NCBI GenBank assembly: GCA_964016885.1 | Contig: OZ024745.1 | Coordinates: 23,250,001 to 23,314,000 of the forward strand | Source of the DNA: Eledone cirrhosa | Taxonomy: Eukaryota | Reading direction: 5' to 3' | DNA: 64,000 nt | Shown here: in pieces, positions 15,230 through 38,995 of the stretch | How the letters are laid out: the number at the start of each line of letters is the position of its first letter | Numbering within the stretch: the stretch's first letter is position 1 | The notes under the pieces: model-generated | Seen by the model: the letters and a program-made list of their open reading frames with translations, nothing else | Database searches by the model: none | Told to the model about the DNA's origin: nothing | Position numbers and translations under genes: made by a program

Positions 15230-15400
15230 AATTGTTTCTACTCTTGGCACAAGGCCAGCAATTACCGGTACTTTATTTTATCGACCCCGTAATGATGAAA
15301 GGCAAAGTTAACCTCAGCGGGATTTGAACCCAGAATGGCCAGGGCCGTAACTCTATGCGTCAAAACATGGCGTCCAACCCTCTACCGATACTGCCAATCC
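15230..15400 (-). mobile_element. tRNA-derived SINE
   Basis: Reverse complement of the 12373 family. Confidence 0.9.
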
Positions 15401-15543
15401 AATAATGTTTCTACATAATAAATGTTTATCATAGAAAAAAATACATCGTATTTTCGGCTTATGAGACGTACCTCATCTTGGGCAGGCATTTACAAAAAAG
15501 TAATTGGTTTAAACTACAATGTCGGGTGAAGAGTATAATGTTT

Positions 15544-15666
15544 ATTGGCAGTATCGGTAGAGGGTTGGACGCCATGTTTTCTAGCATAGCTACGTCCCTT
15601 TACAGTCTGAGTTCAAATCCCGCCGAGGTTAACGTTTCCTTTCATCCTTACGGGATCGATAAAATA
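15544..15666 (+). mobile_element. tRNA-derived SINE, 3'-truncated
   Basis: Same head and core as 12373. Confidence 0.9.
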
Positions 15667-15859
15667 ACATATTATTTATATAATGCATGTGTGTGGACGT
15701 TAGATGCGTACATATAATGTTTTGTTTGTTTCTATACCTATTCGTGTGTAGATGTAGTTATTACAAGCTATGTATGTATTTATGTATTTATGTATATTTA
15801 CGTAACTCTCGTGGTAGTAGTGGTAGTAGCAGATTGAGAATTACGCAACTCAATGAAAC

Positions 15860-16090
15860 ATCTGACTTCAAGTATCTTCTTCACCTATATATTCCTGAGA
15901 GGGTCGTTGCAACAGAATTCTCCAACTGATCCGCCCGGATCCCCAAGCGAGACCAGCCAAGCTCTTGGATGTTACCTTATTATCTTTCTGAGTGTCTACC
16001 CTTGGGTCACCTGCCAGTTGGTTTTGCACATAAGATCTGTCCAGTAATTCTTTCCTGAGACATTCTAACCACATGGCCATGATATATTCC
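15860..16090 (-). mobile_element. Decayed RTE-like LINE 3' fragment
   Basis: Minus frame GHVVRMSQERITGQILCAKPTGR*PKGR.. matches the GHxxRM..GRRPxGRP pattern of RTE C-termini. Confidence 0.6.
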
Positions 16091-16220
16091 TTATTTTGGC
16101 ACCTTTTATTTTCTAATGCATTGTATGGCTTTTAACATTATTTAAATTCATATTTCCTATTCAACAATGCTTCAAGCAAACTACTACACTCATATACATA
16201 CATACATACATATATACATA

Positions 16221-16304
<84 letters not shown>

Positions 16305-16305
<1 letters not shown>

Positions 16306-17395
16306 TAGCATTAAAGCCCGGCGTTGCTCGGGGTCATTAAGTTACCAAAGTTAGGTTGCACCACCCATTTTATGGCAGCACTTTTTTGTCTGCCAGGCAC
16401 TGGGTGAACGAATTGCAGACCTGGAAGCAGGAGCTGCGCCAGCAGTGACAATTGTAGGTTCGCCTATGGATATTATCTCTGTGCAAAAAAGTGTTGAAAT
16501 TTATTGTTCACAGTACTTGCGCAACACGCGCGTAGACGATGCCAGCCGAACAACAGAGCTGAGATGGAGTTGTTCTGCATGGTTGTCTGTGTGTTTTCTA
16601 AATTTAAGACAGTAGGGAGGGTTGCGATATGAGGGAGAGTTAGCTGTTGTTTCTAGCAGGTTTAGTGACCTCATAGAGGATATGTGTTTTCTAAATTTAA
16701 GACAGTAGGGAGTGGTGTGATATGGAGGAGAGTTAGCTGCTGTTTCTAGCAGGTTTAGTGACCTCATAGAAGATATATTTTCTAAATTTAAGACAGTAGG
16801 GATGAGTGTGATATGGGGGAGAGTTAGCTGCTGTTTCTAGCAGGTTTAGTGACCTCATAGAGGATATTATTGTTTATCATTATCTATAAAAGGTAGATTG
16901 TTGTTGTTGTTGTTGAAGTGAGTGTGTGTTTGTATGCGTTTGGAAAAGAGGTTTTAAAAAAGATTTATCGCTTGTTGTTGAATAAATGTATCTGTTGCTT
17001 TTGAATAATTGTCGTTTGAAATGTAATAATTTGAAGTATAAAAGAGAAAGTAGCAAAATGTGTGGTTTGTAGATAGGAAAGCAGATGATATGAGAGAGTA
17101 AAACGGACAGTATCACCATCAAGCTTGGAAAGAGAAAATAGCAGAGAGTATGAAGTTGTATAGATTTTGAATGGTAGCGGAAAGAGTTTAGCAGTTTAAA
17201 TGACAGAGAAAAATCGTAAAATATTGAGTTTTATCTATTTTTTGCGTAATTGTGGGTGAAATTGAAAAAATGAGATGTGCCAAGACGCAATCGAAACTAT
17301 TTCGAATACTGAATTGTAAATTTCAATTGAAGAAATTCTATATCGTAGATTTCTATAAGAAAGGAGCATGACCACACACTGAGCTTTATAGATTA

Positions 17396-17398
<3 letters not shown>
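16305..17398 (-). mobile_element. Non-autonomous Helitron-like element with internal ~92-bp tandem repeats
   Basis: Minus-strand 3' end CCCGAGCAACGCCGGG hairpin followed by ..GCTAG; TC-start 5' end near 17398; three ~92-bp units at 16590-16865; inserted in (TA)n. Confidence 0.7.
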
Positions 17399-17440
<42 letters not shown>

Positions 17441-17442
<2 letters not shown>

Positions 17443-17520
17443 TAAGTTATTCCGGGTTGAATCGGAGGTAACCACAGTAAGTAAGGTACTCAATACATAG
17501 CAGAGTATAAAAGTTTTAAA
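17441..17520 (-). mobile_element. Solo PLE-type terminal fragment in (TA)n
   Basis: Near-identical to 58919-58997, which is contiguous with an HHR. Confidence 0.65.
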
Positions 17521-18145
17521 ACTATATATATATATATATATATAAACGGAAAAAATGAAACGAAATTTCATTTCCCACTCTTAGTACGGCTGTTACTTAA
17601 ATATAAGTATGTACACGTACATACATATATGTATACAGACGTACAGTAGTATGTATATATATATACATACATGCACACATATATATATATATATGTACGT
17701 ATGGATTCACCGAACATTTATTATAATGCTCGGTGTGTTTGTAAACAAACATCCCGTATTAAGCCGTAGTGTCTAGCAACCATCGTTGCTCGTTTGTTCA
17801 ACACTGACAAAGGAACGCTATATATATATATATATATATACTGCCCTCACCGTCTTCAACAAGAACGTCAACCTTTGAAATACACTTTCGATTGTTTTGA
17901 ATTCCTACTTACTGTCGACCTCTAATGTACTTTGGGCTTTTCACACCTTACTAAAAATTAATTGTGGACTGTTCCATTATAATTACTCACGTATATATAT
18001 ATATGTACCGATTGTGTTGTTATTTCTGTTTACCTTTTACATACATACATACATACATATATATACGTATATATATATATACACACGTGTGTGTGTGTGT
18101 GTTTGAAGAAGTGTCATTTGATAAAAGACGAAACACTCAATATTA

Positions 18146-18210
<65 letters not shown>

Positions 18211-19599
18211 TTATTTATATATATATGTAGGTATGAATGTTGTAAAATATTTTCAATACATTCAACTCAATGTTTTATATACGTTATGCGTCATTGTTGA
18301 AACAAAACAATACAGATCTTAGAATTCATCATATTTTAACTATTCTTTAATCATACAGCATGTGATGAAAGCGACTTCCTAGCGTTGGCGGAGTAGTCTG
18401 GGAGAAAATGTTATTGGCTGATTCTTTGCAAAGCAGTAGTGATATAAGGGGAGGTGACTCTACAGAGACCAGCTTTAAGGCACTGCCATTTATGACCTTG
18501 TCTACTAAATGTCTTGGGTAGTTTATTCACCTCCGTAGTTTTGGTAGTTATACAGTGATGATGTAGTAGCAATACCCTAAAGAACCAACAGCTACACTAA
18601 TAAAACCCATCTTCTAAGCCTTTAAATAATTTGGCCCCAAAATCTACATAAAAACTATTTAGCCAAAGTAAACTTCCTGTGTGTCACCCTAGATCGACAC
18701 AATACTATATACACGCCATTAAAGCAACAACAACAACACCAACAACCATGAAGCGCAATTATTTACACATGCATCGGATTATAGTTAAGAATGTAAGCAG
18801 AAAAATCTTCAATGTTTGCTCCAGTAAAGGTATTTTCGCTAGGTCAGTCTGTTGCTTATGTCAACAACATAGAAGCGAGTGGCTTTAAAGATTGGATAGC
18901 ACTAATAGAAACGACATTGTATTATAATTTTAACAGGGAGAATGGTTGATGTATATGTATATATTTTAAAGGAGCATTTCATACTTATATACTTCTCCGT
19001 CTTAGCAGTATTATATAGATGTAGTAGTTTTATTATAATTACCAGTTTAGCAGAGTTATAGAAGTAGTGATGTAATAGTTATAGCGCCATGAGTAACCAG
19101 TTTCGCAGAAAGTTATGATAGGAATATCGAGAACGACTTTAGCTTGTTTTACATTATTTATTAACAAGGGTTGAGCTGAGTAGAGCTGAGTAGAGCTGGC
19201 ATGCCAAGACAAATGAAACAAATGAATTAAGATTTTCAGAAGGCACGGTCTACTGGCTGAAGTGTTGCCAGGCCGTGGTTAAATTGTTGTGCTACATATT
19301 GGCCAGTGATTACACGGGGAAAGAAAAGCAGTTGTTTACCTTAGCGCTGTCGGGCTGCAAGAGAGAGATCTTCCGAGCCGACGCGGGAATTTTTCCCTCA
19401 GGGCGCGTAGAGATACATTCTCCTCCGCTGGCGGTCATTGGTTGGGCTGAGCCAAATAACGCACGGAGAATGTATATGAGCCCGCGGAATGTAGGTCACT
19501 ACATAATGTTTCGCTCTCCTCCGTCCAATAAATGTCAAATAATATACGATAGGCATTTTTTGCATTTGGTAGTTAAACACTTTTACTTTTGTGTCCACT

Positions 19600-19950
19600 A
19601 AATGGATCTTGCGAGGCAGAGGATATAGACTTCAACATCAGTCTATATTGGTATGACGGAAGAGAAATTGAAGGCGAGGTTTAACAATCACACCTCCTTC
19701 CGAAACGCTGGAAATAACTGTGCAGCGAAACTCTCAAGTTACATCTAGCAATTAAAAGAGAAGCTTGATAATTACAATATCAATTGGAGTGTCAGCAAGA
19801 GATGCAGACCTAACATGAATGGTAGCAAGAGATGTGGTCTCTGTAGAACAGAAAGGTGACTGATACTGAAGAGGTCACTAGAAATAGGCGCTTGCTTAAA
19901 CACTACGAGCGAGACATCGGTATTTGTCTACAATGCGGCATACATTTTAA
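19600..19950 (+). pseudogene. Decayed PLE GIY-YIG endonuclease fragment
   Basis: ..VYIGMTEEKLKARFNNH.., ..KLSSYI*QLKEKLDNYNINWS..RCRPNMNGSKRCGLCRTE; homologous to 22620-22880, with stops and frameshifts. Confidence 0.8.
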
Positions 19951-20399
19951 AATTTTGTTCGCCACGAAAGATGTTTAGTATTCGGTGTCACGTGGCAAGA
20001 TCGAAGGGTTATAAATCTTTTGATCAATCTTGTTCTTCCAATCGCTTTCTCATTCATTAATTTTATGGTTTTTATAATTACTCAATATTTTACACCTGCT
20101 ACTGGTTTGTCACCGCCACCGCCACCCACCTGGATTGCTTCAGTTATTACTAGAATGAGATGTCGTCAACATGAACCATCTATGGACCCGAATACACGCA
20201 CACATATCACACACATGTATTTATATAGTTATTTGTATATGTGGTTACAGATATACATACTTATCTGTGTATATATGTATATAAATAGGTGTAAATAGAC
20301 AGAGTTTAAGAACGTACGACGAAAGCACACATATGTAGATATATGATTACACAAATATACTTATCTTTGTCTGTGATATGTATGTATGTGTGTATAATG

Positions 20400-20476
<77 letters not shown>

Positions 20477-20747
20477 TAAAACATGTCTATAGAATCACCA
20501 GATAAAATATATACCGTTTCCTCTCCCAATTAGTATAATTAACCATATAAAACATCGATTAGACCAAGCTATAAGAATAAAGGCTTCTATGAAGAAATCT
20601 CCGACAAATAACCGAAAGCAGCCCTTTGCGGCGGTTGCGACGGAGTATTTATCTAGCATTTCGACAGCGTGTATAAATCGACCAGATATACAGTCAACTA
20701 AACAGAATTAGGTGTAAAATAAACTAGGAGAAAAGTGAACATATTTA

Positions 20748-20830
20748 GTTACCTCTACCGTGGTTTCGTCCGCATTTTAAGATATCCGATAACATTGGAC
20801 ATCTGGAGCACCGGACTCTTCAGGAGTTAG
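20748..20830 (-). ncRNA. Type I hammerhead ribozyme
   Basis: Minus strand CTC-CTGAAGA-GTCCG..CGGAC-GAAA-CCACGG-TA-GAG. Confidence 0.75.
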
Positions 20831-21113
20831 CTCAAATTTAGACAATTAATTTTCCAAAGTGATCGCGCCAAGAATACATTAAAAAATGGCTAAGAATCGT
20901 GACGTAGCAGCGGTCAGGTTAGAAAGAATGTGATTAGTTGCTTACGGCTGGTGTCCTTTTGCTAGAAAGCGATTTTTAATATGGTTAATTATACTAATTA
21001 GGAGAGGAAACGGTATACATTTTATCTGGTGATTCCATAGACATGTTTTATGATATATAGCTCTGATTATTTAATTTATTAACTCTTCATTGAGTCACAA
21101 CGTGCCCCATTGC

Positions 21114-21761
<648 letters not shown>

Positions 21762-21843
21762 TTAGGTAACTGCTGTACTAAGAGTGAGAAATGATATTTC
21801 GTTTCATTCTATTCCATTTATATATAGATATATGTATATAAAA

Positions 21844-21882
<39 letters not shown>

Positions 21883-21892
21883 TGAATGAAGT

Positions 21893-22925
21893 AATTCCGT
21901 CGGAAAAGTCCAGGAAAACGGCCATAATCTTGATAAATTCCGTAAAGATTTAATCAATACTTTTGCTAATCTTAACCTTAAAATCACTATAGATACGAAC
22001 CTTACCAATGCTAACTTTCTTGATATTAATCTTGATATACTTACCGCCTCTTTTAAACCTTATCATAAACCTAATGAAAATCTTAGGTATATACACAAAG
22101 AGTCTTGCCATCCCCCTATAGTTTTTAATAATCTTCTTCCCAACATTAGCCGTAGGATTTCTACCTTATCTTCGTCTATAGACCTTTTTAATAAAGCCGC
22201 CCCTTATTATAATAAAGCCCTTAAGAACAACGGTTTTACAGAAAAACATTTTTATTTACCCCCCCCCCCCCCCCCCCCCCCCCAAAAAAAAACAACTAAC
22301 CACAATAACAGGAAAAGGAAAATTATTTGGTTCACACCCCCTTCTCTCTAACTGTCAAAACTAATGTAGGAAGGAAATTCCTTGAACTCTTAGATAAAAA
22401 TTTTCCTCCTAATCATAGATATTATAAGATATTTAATAGGAACGTAGTTAAGATCAGTTACTCTTGTTGCCCATCTATGAAGTCCAAGATCACTAGTTCA
22501 AATCATACGAGAACAAATCCAGGATGCAATTGCAGGGAGCCAGATGAATGCCCATTGCAGGGCAAATGTAACACCAAATCTGTTGTTTATGAGGCTAAAA
22601 TAACACCGTTAATCAACAACCAGCCAGCCAGGAGTGAGCGATATGTCGGCATGACCCAGGACAGGTTTAAAACCAGGTTTTACTCACATGTCGCTTCTTT
22701 TAAGCACTCCGATAAACGAACAACAACGGCCCTCGCAAGTAAGGTGTGGGAATTCAAGGATAATAACATCCCGTACTCTATCGATTGGTCTATTTTAGAC
22801 CATTCAAGGGAGTACCAAAGGGGCACAAAGAATTGTTCTTTGTGTACCACAGAAAAATATAGGAATCTGCTAAACTGAAAGCCACTTCTGCTTGCCTGAA
22901 CGCAAAGACCGAGATCTTCAGATGT
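21893..22925 (+). pseudogene. Penelope-like element (Naiad-type) ORF fragment: RT C-terminus plus GIY-YIG endonuclease
   Basis: ..NFLDINLD..FKPYHKPNENLRYIHKESCHPP..WFTPPFSLTVKTNVGRKFL..CNCREPDECPLQGKC..VVYEAKI..YVGMTQDRFKTRFYSH..CSLCTTEK. Truncated at both ends by microsatellites, with a late frameshift. Confidence 0.9.
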
Positions 22926-22954
22926 ATATATATACATATATCTATATATACGCA

Positions 22955-23099
<145 letters not shown>

Positions 23100-23124
23100 C
23101 ATATATATATATATATTTATATAT

Positions 23125-23691
<567 letters not shown>

Positions 23692-23694
23692 TAT

Positions 23695-23749
<55 letters not shown>

Positions 23750-23814
23750 CTCTCAAAATATCATGATTTCCGTTCCTTCCTCATTTCACTTTCTATTTTC
23801 TTTTATTCCACTTT

Positions 23815-23849
23815 CTATCTTCTGCTGAAGGAATAGTATCCGAAACGTG

Positions 23850-23850
<1 letters not shown>
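23815..23850 (+). ncRNA. Degenerate, truncated hammerhead of the 9915/11370 family
   Basis: CTGCTGA-AGGA-ATAGTA-TCC-GAAACG, then (CA)n. Confidence 0.4.
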
Positions 23851-23900
<50 letters not shown>

Positions 23901-24042
23901 GTAATTGCCATAAAAGAAGTGCGACGAGCTTTTGATTCCAGAGTCAGGCCAGATCGATACAAACCAAACCTTGAACTGATCGATCGCGAAACGCGCGTCA
24001 TACCTCAATAAACGTTATGAATATTTAACACTTCCTCCTTTT

Positions 24043-24111
<69 letters not shown>

Positions 24112-24279
24112 CATATATATATTTAAACATACGTGTACACACACAGATATACATAATATATATATATATATATATTATAAAATAAAATATATATATACAT
24201 ACAAACATATTTGAACATACATACACAGACTGATTTACTTACGCTCACACAGACACAGCACAACGTATCTCATTGCCAA

Positions 24280-25306
24280 TGCCAGCGTTACATCCGTCAC
24301 TAACACCTCCACCACCACCACCACCACCACCACCACGATCACCGCCATCACCATCACCACCACCACCATCACATGTCTCAGCAGCAATAACCGACATTAC
24401 TTCTACCGCCACAACCACTACCAACACACTGCCGACGTCTCTTTCACCGCTATCACCACCATCACCACAACCATCATCACTATAACAATTTCCGACACGC
24501 CACCATTCCTGGCACTGCTACCTTCCCCTCCACCAACATCTGTTTTGAAATCCCTTCGCCGTCGCTCTACTGCAACTCGCCCCACCTCCACCATTATCAT
24601 CATCATCATCATCATCATCATCAATACGAACAACAACATCGCATTACCCATCATCCACCACCATCCACAGTTCGTTACCAAACAACACCACCGGCATCTT
24701 GCGTGAAAATAGTGACGCCGCCTCCACCAAAAACACCACCACCACTACCACCACCACCACTACTAGTATCCAACACCGCTATAACAACTAACGAAGGAAC
24801 GTTTCCGCTACCACCACCACCACCACTGCCAGTATCCAATACAAACACCACCACCACCACTACCACCACTGCCAGTATCCAATACAACTACCACCACCAC
24901 CACCACCACCACCACCACCATCAGTAACAGTACCCAACACCACCACTATCACAACAAACCAACGTCACTGCCGTAACCCCCCCCCCAACCACCACCACCA
25001 CAACCAGCATTTACCATCACAACCAGCGGCGTCATTGACACCACCACCGCTACCGCCACCACCACCACCACCACCACCAACACAAGTATCTACATTGCCG
25101 GCTTCTCTTTCATAGCACCGATTCTTCCACCACCACTACCACCACTACCACCACCACCACCGCCACCACCATCACCACCAACACGGCTGCCATTTTATTC
25201 TTTATATTTTATTTTTCCTGCAGAATCAGGCATGACTGCAATAACGACTATTCTTGCCAGCGAGCGCTACCACCACCACCACCACCACCACCACTACTAC
25301 TACTAT

Positions 25307-25341
<35 letters not shown>

Positions 25342-25500
25342 GTAGTGTATTGCCTATAATCACTACGGAGACGGTGGTAAGATCAGAGCAAACAGGCGTG
25401 CTAGCTACGGAGATGTGGTAGGTGTGTGGCGTTGGAGGGGGTGGTTGCGGTGGTAGTGGTGGTGTTGTATGTGGCAATGGTGGCGGTGGCGGTGGAATCG
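24280..25500. repeat. (ACC)n/(ATC)n/(ACT)n low-complexity region
   Basis: Direct inspection. Confidence 0.85.
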
Positions 25501-25549
25501 TATATATGTGGAGGTACTGGTGTGTTAAGTTGGTCGCTGTGACAGGAGG

Positions 25550-31150
<5,601 letters not shown>

Positions 31151-31155
31151 TATGT

Positions 31156-31759
31156 CAGGTCACCAGTTGGTGCTACTGGTAACATGTATCCCAGTACAAC
31201 CTGTCCCATGGTCGGGTCGTTGGCGACTAAACTGGCAACCCCACCAAGGTTTCTTGGTGAGGAGGGTGACTTTGGACATCCTGCAGGACTAAAAACAAAA
31301 CCTGTCAAAGGGCAAAGGAGCTCTTAAGAGTCAATAGCCATCCAAAATCACCGGGAGAGATGACCCCTTAGCCTTTGTCAAGGCAGAATTCTAGGAGAAG
31401 GAAAACTCTGATATAACACCTGCAACCCTGATGGTATCCAATGATGTTGACTTGTTCTTCTTTTTGGTAAATATCATCTTGGTTAAGAGAGTGGGACTGG
31501 CTTTGTGCAGTGCCTTTGCTCACTATAAAAGCTTCACGGCACAGGCATTGCTTTATATCTGGAGATCTCTCTGCACTTGTCGTCACATGGTACCATGGGC
31601 CCAGCACTATGTGTCAGTAATTGTCACAAGTGTAGTGTTTGTACCAGAGTTTTCAAGTCACTGGCTGGACTAAAAAGTCACACTCGTTCAGCGCATCGGT
31701 AGGGGTTCTCCTACATGGATATAAAGTAGTGGCCGTACTCGAAAACGAGTTGGCAGCCA

Positions 31760-31760
<1 letters not shown>
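31156..31760 (+). mobile_element. Interspersed repeat resembling an RTE-clade 5' UTR or non-autonomous derivative
   Basis: Contains CGACTAAACTGGCAACCCC and CTAGGAGAAGGAAAACTCTGAT; a highly similar inverted copy lies at 51190-51580. Confidence 0.65.
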
Positions 31761-35116
<3,356 letters not shown>

Positions 35117-35120
<4 letters not shown>

Positions 35121-35347
35121 ATATTAACAAATGGAAACTATATTTATAAAACCATATTTATTTCATTATACATATTTCAAGAGCCACCAAGGCAAACTAT
35201 GGTGCGCTTTCATCAGATAAAATATAATATAGGTTAGTTTTATAAATAAATATTGTATATTTACTCCAATAATTTGTTGAGTGCTTTATATCAGTTATAA
35301 AAATATTTTGCTTGTTGTATCCCAACAAATTAAATACAACCTCTACA
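35117..35347. mobile_element. PLE terminus with a minus-strand HHR (35158-35224) joined to an oppositely oriented terminal segment
   Basis: Minus strand TATTTTAT-CTGATGA-AAGCGCACCA..TGGTGGCTCTT-GAAA-TATGTA-TA-ATGAAATA; family of 13262 and 36526. Confidence 0.75.
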
Positions 35348-35423
35348 TATATATATATATGTAGGTTATATTAAATATATATATATATTTCATATGTACA
35401 TATATATATATATATTTCATATG

Positions 35424-35458
<35 letters not shown>

Positions 35459-35588
35459 TACAATAGGGAAGTAAGGATTCTATATAAAACAGTGGATATA
35501 TAGAAAAGATGAAGTTGGAAATAGCACGGGAGATATATTTAAGGGTCTGTTTTTCTTTTTTGATTCGTCAAAGTGACATTATTTAAAA

Positions 35589-35762
35589 GGCAGTATCGGT
35601 AGAGGGTCGGACATGCTTTCCAGCATAGTTACGTCCCTTTATGATCTGAGTTCAAATCCCGCCGAGGTTAACTTTGCCTTTTATCCATACGAGGGTCGAT
35701 AAAATAAAGTACCAGTAATGTACTGGGTAATTGCTGGCCTTGTGCCAAAAGTAGAAACAATT
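35589..35762 (+). mobile_element. tRNA-derived SINE
   Basis: Same family as 12373. Confidence 0.9.
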
Positions 35763-36104
35763 ATTTAAAAGGTAATGTTATTAAAAAAAGAGAGGGACAA
35801 TTCTTTAAAAAAACATTTTTTTATGAAGTATATAAAGTATATAAAGAAATTACCGGTTTCGATGTATTAAAATCCATCTTGTCAAACGTAGAGTGTAAAC
35901 AATTAGTTGAGAGGAGTCAAAAATGAAAGGTTTAAAATTAAAATCAAAATCAAAATCAAAATCGAATATTTGAATAATTTTTCTTCCATCCTGCTGGTTG
36001 AAAGGTTGGGTCGAATGGGAACAACACTTGTTTTTTTTTTGCAAGGGAGGAAGTTGTTTTGAAAAGTATTCTAAAGTATTTGAATGTATTCTAAATCTGT
36101 ATAA

Positions 36105-36525
<421 letters not shown>

Positions 36526-36529
<4 letters not shown>

Positions 36530-36880
36530 ATATTAATAAATGGAAACTATATTTATAAAGCCATAATTATTTTATTATATATATTTCAAGGGCAACCAAG
36601 GCAAATTTTGGTGCGCTTTCATCAGATAAAATACAAATTTGTTTTAAAAATAAATATTGACATACCCGCATAAAGTATTATTTATAAAACAAATTTGTAT
36701 TTTATCTGATGAAAGCGCACCAAAATTTGCCTTGGTTGCCCTTGAAATAATTATGGCTTTATAAATATAGTTTCCATTTATTAATATATTGAATATTTAC
36801 TCCACTAATTTGTTGAGTGCTTTATATCAGTTATAAAAATTGTTAAGCTTGTTGAATCCCAACAAATTAAATATAACCTC

Positions 36881-36884
<4 letters not shown>
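36526..36884. mobile_element. Fold-back PLE terminus; complete HHR on minus (36568-36633), plus-arm copy lacking stem III
   Basis: Inverted arms 36526-36657 / 36677-36791; the plus arm has a deletion between repeated AAATA words. Confidence 0.8.
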
Positions 36885-36941
<57 letters not shown>

Positions 36942-37044
36942 TATATATATATACTTTGGTAGAAATCCGTAGATGAAAGATCAAGGAAAACTGCTCGACG
37001 AGAGCTTATTTAGTGCAAACAAAGTTTTATACACTAAACATGTA

Positions 37045-37125
37045 TGTGCTACCAACGGTTTCAGGCTCCACTCATGTCCACCACTGTACAGTGGAGATTT
37101 TAAACTGGTCCTTCTTTCAGGCATG
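37045..37125 (-). ncRNA. Hammerhead motif with a 1-nt core insertion
   Basis: Minus strand TGC-CTGAAAGA-AGG..CCT-GAAA-CCGTTGG-TA-GCA. Confidence 0.55.
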
Positions 37126-37171
37126 TGGACGAAAAATGTTCCGCGTACCTAAATAAAGGGCCAGTTTAAAA

Positions 37172-37290
37172 ATGTCAACGCTTTAAAGACAATATATCTA
37201 CCCCCAGAGCGTTCAATAACTGGGTAAGTTACTGGGAAAACGGAGGAGGGAGGGAAGGAAAATAGAAGGGAAAAGGGGGAAATGGGAAGA
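37172..37290 (-). mobile_element. Truncated homolog of 13020-13115 (5' half of the permuted hammerhead)
   Basis: Minus strand CAGTTATTGAACGCTCTGGGGGTAGATATATTGTCTTTAAAGCGTTGAC. Confidence 0.7.
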
Positions 37291-37677
37291 AAAGAGGAAA
37301 ACTTTCACTTTATCTTTATTACTAGTTATTCGTTAGTTCGTCAAAGTTCTTTCGTCACACATTATGTGACCTCCTCAATGATTATCGGGGGTGCTTCCTC
37401 TTTTTCCTTCTTGTTTTTATCTGTTATTCCATCTTGCCCTCTGTTTTTTGTGGTGCGTTTTTCGTGATTCGTGACTGCGTTTGCGCCTGCGCCTTCGTCA
37501 GCGAGTCTGTCTTTGTGTTTGTCATGTCTATGTGTGTTTTATGTGTGTGTGTAAGTGGGGTGGGGGTGATTTTGTATCTTTCGTTGTTTGTGTCTTTTTC
37601 AAAACAAAACACAGGAAAGCAAAATTACAGTTATATTAGGTCCCCCCCCCTCTCTCTATATATATATATATGTAGAG

Positions 37678-37722
<45 letters not shown>

Positions 37723-38268
37723 GGGAGAAAGAGAGAGATAAATAGATAGATAAGATGGAGAATGGGGAGAATGGGAGAGAGATGAGGGTGAGGGAGTGAG
37801 GGAACTTGAGGTTGACGATAATAGAAAGATAGGGTGGGAGGAGGGAGAGTGAGGGGTGGGGGAAGTAGTGACAATGAGCAAGATAACGAGATTAAAAAAA
37901 GAAATGGTGTTAAAATGAGATAGAGATGAGAATTGAAGGGAAAAAACAGTATGACAGTGAGAGAGACGGAAATCATTGAAGCAGACGACAGAAGAGAGAG
38001 AGAGAGAGAGAGTGTGTGTGTGTGTGTGTGTGTGGGCGTGTGTGTGTGTGTGCGTGCGTGTGTGAGAGAGAGAGAGAGAGAGAGTGAGTGTGTCTGTGTG
38101 TGTGTGTCTGAGTGAGAAAGAGAGAGAGAGAGTGTGTGTGTGTCTGTGTGTGTGTGCGTGCGTGTGTGTGTTTGTGTGAGAGAGAGAGGTGTGCGTGTGT
38201 GTGCGTGTGTGAGAGAGAGAGAGAGAAAGAGAGTGAGTGTGTGTGTGTGTATGTGTGTGTGTGAGTGA

Positions 38269-38301
<33 letters not shown>

Positions 38302-38420
38302 TAAAATTTAGTTGTAACTACTGTAAGTTCTGACATAGGATGGTAAAAGAGTGTGATGAAAAACCTAGAGAAACTAAGTACACAATACTTTAAATAAAGT
38401 GTGGGTGTTATTTAGTTCAG

Positions 38421-38605
38421 GGCGGTGGCTTGGCAGTATCGGTAGAGGGTCTGATGCCATGCTTTCCAACATAGTTACGTCCCTTTACGGTCTGAGTTCA
38501 AATCCCGTCGAGGTTAACTTTGCCTTTCATCCTTATGGGATCAATAAAATAAAGTATCAGTAATACACTGGAATAATTGCAGGCCTTGTGCCAAAAGAAA
38601 CAATT
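38421..38605 (+). mobile_element. tRNA-derived SINE
   Basis: Same family as 12373. Confidence 0.9.
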
Positions 38606-38794
38606 ATTTAGTTCTTGTAAACCTGAAGGTCAAGCTTAAACCGTTTCCAAGGTTCAACGGTCATTTTCATTCAAGTATCGAAACGGTTCACTACCAACAC
38701 ATGCTCACTAAAAATATAAAAATTAGTACAACAATTTCTGAGATACTATTATAAACTATATGGTATATAAACTCTTTAGTTTAAGTGACATACT

Positions 38795-38995
38795 TACGAG
38801 GGTCGGCTGAAAAGTCTATAGGCTGACTATGAAAGAGTTTTGCTAGAGCTGTGAAATCTCGCATGGATTAATTTCAACTCTTCTTGTTAATAACTGAATT
38901 GTTTCTTTTCAAGGATTATGTTGAAAAATAAACCTCATTTGATCAATCCATGAGAGTATCTTGGTCAGCCTATAAACTTTTCAGCTACCGCCGTA
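38795..38995. mobile_element. mariner-type MITE (~200 bp)
   Basis: TA-CGAGGGTCGGCTGAAAAGTCTATAGGCTGAC ... GTCAGCCTATAAACTTTTCAGCTACCGCCG-TA; second copy at 62968-63374. Confidence 0.8.

Noticed and set aside
23915-24010. Hammerhead 3' half GAAA-CGCGCG-TC
   Set aside because: The upstream core reads GCGACGA and stem I pairs poorly; at most a decayed motif.
25200-25270. Splice acceptor followed by a GPCR-TM3-like peptide (SGMTAITTILASERY)
   Set aside because: It runs straight into ACC/ACT repeats, with no plausible donor or other exons; probably chance.
37490-37510. Minus-strand CTGACGA
   Set aside because: No consistent stem I, II or III partners were found.
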